The notes under the pieces: generated by a model | Databases searched by the model: none | What the model was told of the DNA's origin: nothing | Seen by the model: only the letters and a program-made list of their open reading frames with translations | Program-made: the position numbers and the translations under genes | Part shown: one piece after another, positions 1 to 10,900 of the stretch | Layout: each line of letters begins with the position of its first letter | How positions within the stretch are numbered: the stretch's first letter is position 1 | Origin: Bacteroidia bacterium | GTDB taxonomy: Bacteria > Bacteroidota > Bacteroidia > UKL13-3 | Assembly: GCA_044370475.1 (NCBI GenBank) | Contig: JBILVK010000005.1 | Coordinates: forward strand, 1,147 to 65,146 | DNA length: 64,000 nt | Reading direction: 5' to 3'

Positions 1-3000
1 TTGCCAGAAGTAGTTGTAACAGTTAAATTAGAACCACCATTTATATTGTATGTAAATGTATAAGGTGCGGTTCCTGTTGCACCTGTAAAGGTTACATTCG
101 GACTTGAAGCGTTTCTACAAACTGTAGTGCTTCCAGAAATACTTGCAGTAGGCAAAGGATTAACATTTACTGTTGAACTTACAGTAGTGGTACATCCATT
201 TAATTCCACAGCATACGCAATTATTGCCGAACCAGCTGTTACGCCAGTTACCAATCCTGAGGTATTTACTGTAGCAACAGAATTGTTATTGCTGCTCCAT
301 GTTCCACCTGCCGTAGCTGAAGTTAATTGTAGGTTTGAACCAACACAAACTGCGCTATTGATGGTAAATGTATTATTACCAGGTGTTGTAAATGTATGTA
401 ATGTGTATCCACCTGCTTGGGTTATTGTTCCCCCTGTTGCTTGTGGGGTTCCTAAATAACGAATTACAACAGCACCATTGGCACCTGCTCCAGCAACCCC
501 ATCTAATTGTCCGTTTGGCTGACTATTTCCACCTCTTCCCCAATTTGAAGAGTAATTAAAATCTGTTGCATTAGCTATTGCTGAGGTGGTACCTGTACCA
601 CCGCTTATGGTGCTATTATTGCCACTATTATTATCGTTACCTACATTTCCTGCATATTGATTTCCGGTAATTAAGTTGGTTGAAGAAAAATAATTTGAAC
701 CTCCATTTCCAACACCACCACCATTAAGGTTTGTTTGACCGCTACCGCCAAGGTAACCGCCACCACCACCTGCGCCACCGCCACCATCACCAGAATAAGC
801 CTCCCCAATTCCTCCGTTCATGGTGCCTGTATTGTTTGATTGTGTACCGCCGCCTGGTGAAGTTACATTGTTAGCAGTACCTTCATTACCAGCACCACCA
901 CCAGATGCACCACCTGCAACAACATAGTAGGTTCCACCTTGGTAGAAACCAGACCAGCCGCCGCCGCCGCCGCCGCCACCAGAACAACCACCAAAACCAG
1001 CCGCGCCACCATTTCCACCACCATTTGTTCCACCTATTCCACCGGCAGAACCAGGATTACATCCCAAGCCACCCTGACCAGCGCCACCAATGGCAACTGT
1101 AAAGGAGTTTGAGCCACTAATTAAATTATATTTTCCATAAACAACACCACCAGCACCTCCGCCAGCACCAACAGGTCCATCTGGTCCACCGGCACCACCA
1201 CCACCACCTACAGCTAGAATCTCAACAGTAGAAATTCCAATTGAAGCCACAGTTGGCAATGGATTAACAACCACATTTGCAGAACCGCTTGAGGTTCCTG
1301 CAAAACTTGCATCGCTTACAGAGCTAACTGTATAAGTTCCGGCTCCAGCGCCGGTTATAATATATGGATTTGTAGAAGTAGCTGTTACTGTAGTTGGTGT
1401 AGTTCCATTGGTATAAGTGAATGTCCAAGGAGCAACACCTGTTAAAGCAATAGAAACATTAGGCAAGGATGCACCTGCGCAAACTGTACCTCCACCAGAA
1501 ACAGTTGCTGTAACTGCTGTGTTTACTGTAACGGTAGCCGTATTAGAACATCCATTATCGGTATAGGTAACAACAGTTGTTCCTGCTGTTACACCCGTAA
1601 CCAAACCACTGCTAGAAATGCTTGCATTTGCATTAGAGGCGCTCCAAGGATTTGAAGCCCCCGAAACCACTACTGGCGAACTTGTATTTGTATTGTTTCC
1701 ATTTCCTAATGCTCCAGTTCCATTATATCCCGAGCTCATGATGGTTCCATCAGAAAGCAATACAAACCCAGTACCATCACCTATAATAACTTTAACTGCA
1801 TTAGAAGTAACTAAGGTAGAAGAAACCGTTAAGGTCTGTGAAGTATTTCCATTACCCAAAGCTCCTGAACCATTGTGTCCATATCCATAAACTGCACCAT
1901 TCTTAACAAATAACCTATCATAAGAACCTGGACCAGCAGAAACATCTGTTACGCCTGAACCAAAGCCTGATAAAATAGTTGGCGTAGGTTGATTAGACAC
2001 ACTTCCATTTCCAGAATAACTACCCCATGTATAAAGAGCGCCACCAGAAGTAAGAGCCATAAATCCAGCACTATAACCACAGGCAGCAGAAACAATTCCA
2101 CTAGGAACCCCACTCACTGTGGTGGTAGTATTAGACATGGTCCTCCATAAAACACCTCCTGTTTTTATAATTAAAGTTGCATCTGAGCCTCCAAATACAT
2201 CGATAACTCCAGACGACATATTATCAACAGCACCAGGTGTAGTTCTTCTTGCCCCATTTCCTGTTGGTAAACTGCTGTTTCCTAAACTTCCTGAATAGTT
2301 GCCACCCCAACTTTTTAAAGATCCACTTACAATTGCCCAAGATGTTCCTATTCCATTTGAAATATGAGTTGCACCACTATTAATAACTTTTACTGGTGAT
2401 AAAACATTGCTTAAAGATCCATTACCAACTTGACCATTGTTATTAAATCCCCAAGCCCAAACTTCACCATTAGAATTTAGAGCCATTTTAGTTACTCCAT
2501 CCGAACTAACTTTGGTCCAATTGCTAGCAGTTCCAACCTGAACAGGAACATTGCTAGAACCTGAAGAAGTTCCGATACCCAATTGCCCTGCATTATTATC
2601 TCCCCATGTCCATAAAGTACCATCCGTTTTTATGGCAATCTTATCTCCAACAACACTGTATGATGCTCCACCAACTCCAGATCCACTCAATTGCGTTGTT
2701 GCGCCAGTAAATACGCTTAGGTTACCCGTAATACTTGGTGTTGCATTGATGATTATTGCCACTGCATTTGAAGCAGGAGAACCACATGAACCAGTAATTA
2801 CTGCATAATAATAAGTAGTACCCACACTATTGGTTGGTGGTATAAAAGTACTTCCTGTGCCCACAGATGTGCCTCCAGAATTGCTATTGGCAACATTGCT
2901 AAACCATTCATAAGAAAGCACTCCAGCACCTGTTCCTGCAACGCTTAATGCCGTTGAAGTAAGGTTGCTACAATAAGTTGCCGCAATGGGGTGGGTAGTA

Positions 3001-6000
3001 ACAACAGTGCTTGGATTAACCAAGATTGCAACCACATTCGATTTTAAATCCAATCCGCAATCGCTGTGAACTACTGCATAGTAATAGGTAGTCCCAGCAT
3101 TGCTTGTAGCTATTGAATAAGTTTGGTTCGAACCAACCAATGTTCCACCAACGTTTGAATTAACGGCATTGCTATACCAATTGTAAGTAATAGTACCCGT
3201 TCCCAAACCAGTTACGCTCAAATCTGTAGCAGTAGCATTCTGACAATAAGTAGCGCCACTTGGCTGCGCAGTAATGGTAGTTGATGGATTAACAGTTACA
3301 GTTACATTATTAGTACCAGAACATCCATTATTGCTTAAAGTATAAACATAAGTAACAACTATCGGACTAGTAGTTGTATTGATTAAAGTTTCGCTGATTC
3401 CATTTGAGCCATTACCTGCAACATTGCTTATTCCAGCAACTGCATCTCTTGTCCAAGTAAACGCCGCGCCAGGAGTGGCACTCGTTGGTGTATAAGAAAA
3501 CACAGTTCCATTGCATATTGCTGCAGGTGTTAAACTGCTAGATAAAACAGGTGTTGTATTCACTGTTATCGTTGAAGTAAAATTATTTCCAGAGCAACCA
3601 TTTGCCACTGGAGTAATGGTAAATACCTCGTTTTGGGTTGTAACACCAGCGTTCGTTAAGGTTCCAGAAATAGGCCCATTTGCATTGGCACCATTTGCTA
3701 TTCCAGATACATTATTACTGTTACTGGTCCAATTATAGGTAGTTCCAGAAACATTGCTACTTAATGCAATATCAGAAATGGCAACTCCAGAGCACAAAGA
3801 CTGAGAAGAAGGTAGGGCCGATCCAATTGGCTTAGGATTTATGGTTACTGTTAAAGTTGCAGGTGTTGGATTAACACAACCTGCACTTGAAGTTAAATTT
3901 AAAGTATAAGACTCTGGCAATGCATTGGCAGAAGTATTTGTTAAAGTCTCAGTTATTGGTCCACCAGCTGGCATGGCATTCGGTGTTGGTGTTATGATGC
4001 CAAACTGATTGAACATAGATGTGTTCCTTACCCATGTAAATGATCCCGCATTGGCAACATTTCCTGCTGCTGCATAACTCAAAGCAGAACCACTACAAAC
4101 ACTCGCGGTGGTGTTTGTTAAGATTGGCATTGGATTAACAGTTAAGGTAAGTTCGCTTGTTGCATAACAGCTAGTTGAACTCGCATTTTCTACACGTGCA
4201 TAAATCACCTGCGAACTGGCTGTTGTATTTGTGAATGGCGATGCCAAAGCATTGATATCATTTTGAGCATCGCTTAAACTTGCATGGTATGAAATGGTAA
4301 CACCTGCTTGCGAAGCGCCTACTGTGGCATCTGCACCAGTTAAGGTAAAGTTTACATAGCCATCATTGGTAACATCATCGCAACTTGCCAAACTTGCAGC
4401 ACTTGCAGTTGGGGTTCTGTAGAAATTGATGGTATACGTTTTAATGGTAGTTCCATCTTCGGCAGTAACTTTAACATCTACTGTATTGTTACCCGAAATT
4501 AAAGTTAAATTGATAGCTGCACCACTCGTAGCACTTGTGAATGAACCACTATTTAAACTATATTGAACACTTGCATTGGCATCAACGAGTGTTGGCGTAA
4601 CACTCATGCTTGTTGCGCCATTTGCAATACAAGTTGAATAAGTAAGGGTATTAGCATCAAAGCTAGGAGCAAGTGATCCTGAACCAATTGTTAATGTAGA
4701 TAAATTTGCATTGGTGTTAGCACTTCCTCCAAATGAGAATGGTGAAAATGTACCTGCATAATCAAATGAAACAGTATAAGGATTCGTTCCCGATGGCATG
4801 GCAGTATTACCAGAAACCTCAGTCCATTGTCCACCCGTGTAATGCATCAATACTTTTCTTTGTGTATTTGAGCCACTCAATAAATCTCCATTATTGTATT
4901 GGAAACTAAGAGTAACAGGCGAAGCTGGTATTCCACTTGGGGTAACATTCCAACTTCCTTTAAAAGTTCGGGCAGCGGTATAACTACTTAATGTGCCTCC
5001 ATTCGGATAAGATGCACTCATTGAAATGGTATAGTCTAAACCTTGTCCGTTTGAAATTGTTATTGGGGTGGCACTTTCAGACCATCCTCCTTTTGCCACA
5101 TTAAATGTTCTTGGTGCTACACCAATATTTTTTATCTTCAAAAATCCACCCGCAACACCAATTCTACCCGAACCTGTCATGGTTGCTCCATCTTCGAGTG
5201 TAATTGTTCTGCTATAATAGATTTCTGGTGTTCCAATAATATTTAAGTTATTGGTTATCTTTAATGGCACCTGAATGGATCCATTGCCGTTAAAGGTAAA
5301 ATTATAAAAAGTTATTTCACCGCCATAATTTTCAATGTGGTGGTTGTTTGGTCCCTGAACAGAAACTGTTCTGCTATTGGCGTTAAAGGTTCCAGAGTTT
5401 CTAATAAAAACACTTTGGAGAATCAAATCACCTCCATTAGCGTTTGATAAATTGATGGTACCATTATTTGAAAAAATGTCGGAAACAGAACCCGTACCTG
5501 CAGTTCTTGAGCTTGAAATGGAACCAAAGTCCAAAATCACCCCATTGTCTACGGTCAAAGAACCAACACCAACACTACCTGTTGGCCACTCATTGCCAAC
5601 ATTGATAGTACCTGTTCCAGAATATTGAAGATGCGCATTTGAATAACTTGGCTTATTTACAATCGACCCGCCTACATTAATTCTTATAATGCCATTTAAG
5701 GTCGAATTGGCACCAAAATCTACAGCTCCACTTACATATGCGTTAGCAAATGCTACTGTTCCACTTATGGTAGCAGAACCAGCAAAATCAAACGTACTAA
5801 TGCTTGTAAAGGTTCCATTATTATTGGTAATACTGCCCCCATTTTGCACAGTTAATGTATTTACATTATGACTAAGGCTTTTTCCACTATTGATGGTTAA
5901 GCTATTGATTGTTGCATTTGTGGTCAAAACAATTCCTGTTGCATCAATAACCACATTAGCTCCTGAAGGAGGTACAATATTGCCATCCCAAGTGGAAGCA

Positions 6001-7157
6001 GTGCTCCAATTTCCTCCATTTGTAACGGCAGTGTAATTAGCACGGGTTACAGTGGTTGTATAAGTTTTTATTGTTGTTCCATCCTCTGCAGTAACTTTAA
6101 CATCTATGGTATTGTTTGCAAAATTTAGAGGTAATGAACTGGAAGGACTGCCACTTGTAACAGTTGCAAACGATCCTCCATTTACTCTAACTTGTATTAC
6201 TGCTCCAGCATTCGACTTTGTTGGTGTAACAGTTATAGAACTTACTGCACTATTTACGTTCGAAGTGTATGAAGTTGTTCCAGAACTAAAGGATGGATTC
6301 AATGACCCAGAACTTAATGTCATAGCTGATAAGTTGGCATCTGAAGAAACATTAGAAAGGGAAACCCAATTGCTCGTAGTTCCATTTTTAGCAAAATTTA
6401 CCATGGTACCACTGCTATTCCCTGTTGCATCAACTAAATTTGACGATATAGCGGTATTGTTAGCATTAGCAGTTCCTTCATTTAATTTACCATAAAATCT
6501 CAAATTTGAAGAGTACGACCCACTATAGCCCAACATATCTGTGGCTACTTGTCCTTGAGTTCTAGCTGTATTCCAAATTTGTATTTCATCGATATATTGA
6601 TTTATATATCCAGTTGAAGCTCCACCATATGGCCAGGCCATATTATCTCGTCCAAATCTATAACCAACACTTGAATTCCTTAAACCCAAATTTGTACCAT
6701 AAAAACCTGTAAACTCAAGATTCCCATTTAAATATACTGTGGTATTTCCATTTGATGCATCATGAACCAAAGCTATATGATACCAGGTATTTGCGTTTAA
6801 TACGGTGGTACCAACAGGATGGGTACCAGCGGCCATACAGCATTTGTAACTATTTAACCTTCCATCGGTTTGCAATTGCAATTGGATACTCCAGCCGCCA
6901 AAATTATCATCACCTCTTATTAAAATTGGTTTATTTATAGTTGGCAAACTCGTGTATTTAAAATAAAATTCTACGGTTTGACTTTCATTGTCATTGGTAA
7001 TAGATGCAGGAAAATCCAAATAATCATCCGTTCCATCAAAATGCAAAGCTTGCGCGCCTACACTGTTTATTTTTAGAAAAAACAACAATAGAAGCGTTGC
7101 AATTCGAATAAAGCTTTTGGCTTCACGTAAATGCTTAAAAATTGTAAAAGTTTTCAT
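1..7157 (-). CDS. giant secreted cell-surface protein, C-terminus cut by window edge (LamG-like N-terminus, cadherin-like beta-sandwich modules, Cys-containing Ig/PKD-like modules, RCC1-type propeller, Big_2-like modules, Gly-rich domain)
   Basis: Absent from the ORF track because it runs off the window. ATG is the complement of 7155-7157. Hand translation begins MKTFTIFKHLREAKSFIRIATLLLLFFLKINSVGAQALHFDGTDDYLDF and the frame stays open down to position 3 (more than 2385 codons). Motifs read directly: ANLSAMTLSSGSLNPSF, DGTLWTWGDNNAGQLG, ISSSGLVTGVTAGTTVVTYT, GGAGGPDGPVGAGGGAGG. Confidence 0.85.
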   Translation of the reverse strand, partial: MKTFTIFKHLREAKSFIRIATLLLLFFLKINSVGAQALHFDGTDDYLDFPASITNDNESQTVEFYFKYTSLPTINKPILIRGDDNFGGWSIQLQLQTDGRLNSYKCCMAAGTHPVGTTVLNANTWYHIALVHDASNGNTTVYLNGNLEFTGFYGTNLGLRNSSVGYRFGRDNMAWPYGGASTGYINQYIDEIQIWNTARTQGQVATDMLGYSGSYSSNLRFYGKLNEGTANANNTAISSNLVDATGNSSGTMVNFAKNGTTSNWVSLSNVSSDANLSAMTLSSGSLNPSFSSGTTSYTSNVNSAVSSITVTPTKSNAGAVIQVRVNGGSFATVTSGSPSSSLPLNFANNTIDVKVTAEDGTTIKTYTTTVTRANYTAVTNGGNWSTASTWDGNIVPPSGANVVIDATGIVLTTNATINSLTINSGKSLSHNVNTLTVQNGGSITNNNGTFTSISTFDFAGSATISGTVAFANAYVSGAVDFGANSTLNGIIRINVGGSIVNKPSYSNAHLQYSGTGTINVGNEWPTGSVGVGSLTVDNGVILDFGSISSSRTAGTGSVSDIFSNNGTINLSNANGGDLILQSVFIRNSGTFNANSRTVSVQGPNNHHIENYGGEITFYNFTFNGNGSIQVPLKITNNLNIIGTPEIYYSRTITLEDGATMTGSGRIGVAGGFLKIKNIGVAPRTFNVAKGGWSESATPITISNGQGLDYTISMSASYPNGGTLSSYTAARTFKGSWNVTPSGIPASPVTLSFQYNNGDLLSGSNTQRKVLMHYTGGQWTEVSGNTAMPSGTNPYTVSFDYAGTFSPFSFGGSANTNANLSTLTIGSGSLAPSFDANTLTYSTCIANGATSMSVTPTLVDANASVQYSLNSGSFTSATSGAAINLTLISGNNTVDVKVTAEDGTTIKTYTINFYRTPTASAASLASCDDVTNDGYVNFTLTGADATVGASQAGVTISYHASLSDAQNDINALASPFTNTTASSQVIYARVENASSTSCYATSELTLTVNPMPILTNTTASVCSGSALSYAAAGNVANAGSFTWVRNTSMFNQFGIITPTPNAMPAGGPITETLTNTSANALPESYTLNLTSSAGCVNPTPATLTVTINPKPIGSALPSSQSLCSGVAISDIALSSNVSGTTYNWTSNSNNVSGIANGANANGPISGTLTNAGVTTQNEVFTITPVANGCSGNNFTSTITVNTTPVLSSSLTPAAICNGTVFSYTPTSATPGAAFTWTRDAVAGISNVAGNGSNGISETLINTTTSPIVVTYVYTLSNNGCSGTNNVTVTVNPSTTITAQPSGATYCQNATATDLSVTGLGTGTITYNWYSNAVNSNVGGTLVGSNQTYSIATSNAGTTYYYAVVHSDCGLDLKSNVVAILVNPSTVVTTHPIAATYCSNLTSTALSVAGTGAGVLSYEWFSNVANSNSGGTSVGTGSTFIPPTNSVGTTYYYAVITGSCGSPASNAVAIIINATPSITGNLSVFTGATTQLSGSGVGGASYSVVGDKIAIKTDGTLWTWGDNNAGQLGIGTSSGSSNVPVQVGTASNWTKVSSDGVTKMALNSNGEVWAWGFNNNGQVGNGSLSNVLSPVKVINSGATHISNGIGTSWAIVSGSLKSWGGNYSGSLGNSSLPTGNGARRTTPGAVDNMSSGVIDVFGGSDATLIIKTGGVLWRTMSNTTTTVSGVPSGIVSAACGYSAGFMALTSGGALYTWGSYSGNGSVSNQPTPTILSGFGSGVTDVSAGPGSYDRLFVKNGAVYGYGHNGSGALGNGNTSQTLTVSSTLVTSNAVKVIIGDGTGFVLLSDGTIMSSGYNGTGALGNGNNTNTSSPVVVSGASNPWSASNANASISSSGLVTGVTAGTTVVTYTDNGCSNTATVTVNTAVTATVSGGGTVCAGASLPNVSIALTGVAPWTFTYTNGTTPTTVTATSTNPYIITGAGAGTYTVSSVSDASFAGTSSGSANVVVNPLPTVASIGISTVEILAVGGGGGAGGPDGPVGAGGGAGGVVYGKYNLISGSNSFTVAIGGAGQGGLGCNPGSAGGIGGTNGGGNGGAAGFGGCSGGGGGGGGWSGFYQGGTYYVVAGGASGGGAGNEGTANNVTSPGGGTQSNNTGTMNGGIGEAYSGDGGGGAGGGGGYLGGSGQTNLNGGGVGNGGSNYFSSTNLITGNQYAGNVGNDNNSGNNSTISGGTGTTSAIANATDFNYSSNWGRGGNSQPNGQLDGVAGAGANGAVVIRYLGTPQATGGTITQAGGYTLHTFTTPGNNTFTINSAVCVGSNLQLTSATAGGTWSSNNNSVATVNTSGLVTGVTAGSAIIAYAVELNGCTTTVSSTVNVNPLPTASISGSTTVCRNASSPNVTFTGATGTAPYTFTYNINGGSNLTVTTTSG
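3125..3134. repeat. over-represented word family, palindromic variant GGTTCGAACC
   Basis: Read directly. Context gtttGGTTCGAACCaacc, inside the giant surface-protein gene. Confidence 0.9.
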
Positions 7158-7166
7158 GTTTATCAA

Positions 7167-7448
7167 TTATTTTTTTGAAGTAGAGGTTTGTATTTGTGTC
7201 GATTCGATGTGCATAGAGGCACTAGGTTTGCTATTAAATTCGCTTGTGTATATCACTTGTCGTGTAGTTAGGCCATGCTTGCTCACCTTAATCCGCATCT
7301 GACTTTGCAGACTAAAAGGCGCTTCATTGGTCCCAAAATTCCTAAATGAATTTGTTTGGGTAAACAGGTTCTGACCTGTAGTAAAAAAAAGAAAAAATGC
7401 TAGAACGAAAAGTCCGTAGCTTTGGTATAAAAACAAACTGGTTTTCAT
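7167..7448 (-). CDS. small hypothetical protein with N-terminal hydrophobic signal-like segment
   Basis: 93-aa ORF ending 9 nt upstream of the giant gene start. Hydrophobic stretch GLFVLAFFLFFTTG. No recognisable family. Confidence 0.35.
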   Translation of the reverse strand: MKTSLFLYQSYGLFVLAFFLFFTTGQNLFTQTNSFRNFGTNEAPFSLQSQMRIKVSKHGLTTRQVIYTSEFNSKPSASMHIESTQIQTSTSKK

Positions 7449-7814
7449 AGGCTATAAAAAAAATTTGAGTTAAATGAGTAAAAGGTTTAAAGTAAGTTTC
7501 AGTATAAAAAGATATTTTTAATGCAAAAAAGACTCAAAAAAATATGATTTACCCTCCATTTTTAAATTCTAATTAGCGATTTTTCAGTTTTAATAGCTGA
7601 AAGTTATTAAAATAATTTTTCTCAAAATAGGAAATGTGCTATTCGATGATTCAAAATGGGAAAAATGCGACATGAAAAAGATGTCCAAAAAATTACAAAA
7701 CTTCATAAGCGCCGCATACCAAGCTCTTAGCTCATTTTTCCACGCATTTCAAACCTAAAATTATAGAGAAAATTGTAAACAAGGTATCCACAAAGCAATA
7801 GAGAAAATGCGTTT

Positions 7815-7824
7815 GGTTCGAACC
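7815..7824. repeat. over-represented word family, palindromic variant GGTTCGAACC
   Basis: Context gtttGGTTCGAACCgaaaa, intergenic. Confidence 0.9.
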
Positions 7825-7940
7825 GAAAAATGCACCTATTTAGCCCCCAGAAAAGGCTTACTTGCAGTAATTGCAAAACAAACTGCTGATTGCAATACAT
7901 TGAGGTGCAAATAGGTGTTAAAAGCGCCATTTCATGACAT

Positions 7941-7971
7941 AAAAAAGGCTGCTCCAAAACTTGAAGCAGCC
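7941..7971 (-). terminator. rho-independent terminator downstream of the PFOR gene
   Basis: Stem GGCTGCT (7947-7953) pairs with AGCAGCC (7965-7971). On the minus strand the stem is followed by TTTTTT (7941-7946). It lies 20 nt after the stop at 7992. Confidence 0.6.
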
Positions 7972-7991
7972 TTTTAATTCTTATGAATTTA

Positions 7992-10900
7992 CTATAAACC
8001 TTTTAAGGTTTGCAGCCTATCCCATTTGCTTGCACGGGCTTCTTCGGCTTGTTGCAAGAAACGCTCTGCCAATTCTGGATCCTTGGCCTTAATTACATTA
8101 AAGCGGTTCTCATGATACATAAACTCGCTTAACGGAATGGTTGCTTCCTTAGAATCTACCACCATACGCTCGCCTTTTGGCTTCATTGGATTGTAATGGA
8201 ACAATGGCCAATAACCAGATTTTACCGCAAAATCTTGCTCATCTGCACCATGTGCCATGTCTATTCCATGCGCAATGCAATGACTATAGGCCAAAATTAA
8301 GGACGGACCCGGATAGGCCTCTGCTTCCAAAATGGTGCGCAGGGTATGCACATCGTTACCGCCCATGGCAATTTGCGCCACATAAGCCGTGCCATGCGCA
8401 ATTGCCTGCATGGCCAAATCTTTCTTGCCCGTAGTCTTGCCGTTCACAGCGAACTTAGCACTGGCTCCTATTGGTGATGACTTAGATTTTTGTCCGCCCG
8501 TATTAGAATACACCTCGGTATCCAATACCAAAATATTTACATTCTCTCCAGTAGATAAAATATGGTCTAAACCTCCAAATCCAATATCATAAGCCCAACC
8601 ATCTCCACCTATAATCCATACAGATTTATCGGCCAAGAAATCGGCCAAATGATACAAGTTTTGGGCCTGAACCGTATGCGTATGCTTCAGTTTTTCTTTT
8701 AATACCTTTAACAAATCATGCTTGTGGTGAATCTCTGCCTCGGTTTTCTCTGGCGCACTTTGAATGGCCGTAACCAATTCATCACCTATCTCATAACGCA
8801 ATTCATTCAATAAAAACTCGGCACGCAATCGCTTGTGGTCGTTGGCCATCTTTATGCCCAAACCAAACTCTGCATTGTCTTCAAACAAAGAATTAGCCCA
8901 AGCCGGACCTCTACCATCGGTTGTTTGCGACCAAGGTGTGGTTGGTAAATTGCCCCCAAAAATACTTGAGCACCCTGTTGCATTGGCCACTATCATGCGC
9001 TCACCAAAAAGCTGCGTAAGCAATTTTATATAAGGTGTTTCGCCACAACCGGCACAAGCGCCAGAGAATTCAAACAATGGCTGAAAAAACTGTGAGCCTT
9101 TAATGGTATTCTTGTTTACCCTACTCCTATCCAACTCTGGCAACTGCAAGAAATAATCCCAATTCTTAATCTCTTTCTCTTGCAAAGCAGTCTTATCAAC
9201 CATGTTGATGGCCTTATGTCCGGGTTCTGTTTTGCTCTCTATTGGACAAAATTCTACACATAAAGTACAACCTGTGCAATCTTCTGTAGAAACCTGCAAA
9301 GTGTAAGCCTCCGCTGCCTTATCAAACTCCTTGCCTATTGGCGCAACATGCTTAAAGCCTTCAGGCGCATGGTCTAAATGCTCCTTGGCATAAACTTTTG
9401 GTCGTATAGCTGCATGCGGACAAATAAAGAAACATTTGCCACATTGCGTACACAAATCGGTATCCCAAACAGGTACCGCATCTGCAATATTACGCTTCTC
9501 ATACTGGGTGGTTCCAGAAGGAAATGTGCCATCCACAGGAAATGCACTCACTGGCAATTCATCGCCTTCTCCAGCAATAATCTTGCCCAATACATCTCTC
9601 ACAAATTCAGGTGCACTATTAGGTACAGCTAAATCCAATGGGCGCGACCCAATTGACTCCTGACTGTAATCTATCTCATATAAGTTGGCCAAGGTTTGAT
9701 CAACCGCCTCGTAATTCTTGTTCACAATAGACTCGCCCTTTTTCCAGTAAGTCTCGTAAATAGACTCCTTAATTTTTGCGATGGCCTCTTCCCTTGGTAA
9801 GATATTAGAAATGGCAAAAAAGCAGGTCTGCAAAATGGTATTAATGCGATTGCCCATGCCACTTTCCTTGGCAACCGTGTAGGCGTTGATGGCATAAAAG
9901 CGCAATTTTTTGTGCTTAATTTCCTCCTGAATCTTGGCAGGCATTCTTCCCCAAACCTCATCCTTTTCATAAGGTGCATTGAGCAAAAATACTCCACCAG
10001 GAGCAGCATCTTTTAAGATATCAAATTTAAATAAATAGTTAAAGTGGTGACAAGCCACAAAGCTTGCTGAGGCCACCAAATACGAACCCCTTATTGGGTT
10101 CTTGCCAAAACGCAAATGCGAAGAAGTAAGCGATCCCGATTTTTTAGAATCGTATACAAAATATCCTTGTACATGGTTATCTGTTTTCTCGCCAATAATC
10201 TTAATTGAATTCTTGTTTGCCGAAACAGTACCATCTGCACCCAATCCAAAAAACAATCCCCTAAAGGCATGCTGCTCATCAAGGTTAAATACATGGTCAT
10301 AACTTAAACTCAAATGCGTAACATCATCTTCTATACCCACCGTAAAATGGTTCTTAGGATGTTCTTTTTTAATCTCTTCATATACAGCCATCACCATGGC
10401 TGGCGTAAACTCCTTACTAGACAATCCATATCTGCCACCTACAATATGCGGATGCTTGCCTTCCATGCTTTCATTATAGGCATTCACCACATCCATATAC
10501 AAAGGCTCACCCATGCTATTTGGCTCTTTACATCTATCCAAAACAGCAATTTGTTTCACCGTAGCTGGAATCTCATTGATAAATGCATCAATAGAAAATG
10601 GCCTAAACAACCTAACAGCCAAAACGCCCACTTTCTCTCCTTTACTCAACAAATAGTCAACCGTTTCTTGCACGGTTCCCACTGCAGAACCCATTAATAT
10701 AATTAACCTATCAGCCTCTGCATGTCCGTAATACTCAAATAACTTATACTTTCTGCCAGTTAGCTCACCCAATAAATCGAATTTGCTTTGTACAATTCCA
10801 GGTACCGCATTGTAATAAGAATTTGCGGCCTCTCTATTCTGAAAATACACATCTGGATTCTGTGCAGTACCTTTAATAACTGGGTGCTCAGGAGACAATG

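Noticed and set aside
905-1102. His/Arg/Gln-rich 65-aa ORF (..RRRRRRHQNNHQNQ..)
   Set aside because: This is an artefact of reading the complement of the GGN-rich Gly block of the giant minus-strand gene.
7727-7957. 76-aa minus-strand ORF in the nifJ-downstream spacer
   Set aside because: It overlaps the nifJ terminator hairpin, is Cys/Leu/Phe-rich with no family resemblance, and has no convincing start context.
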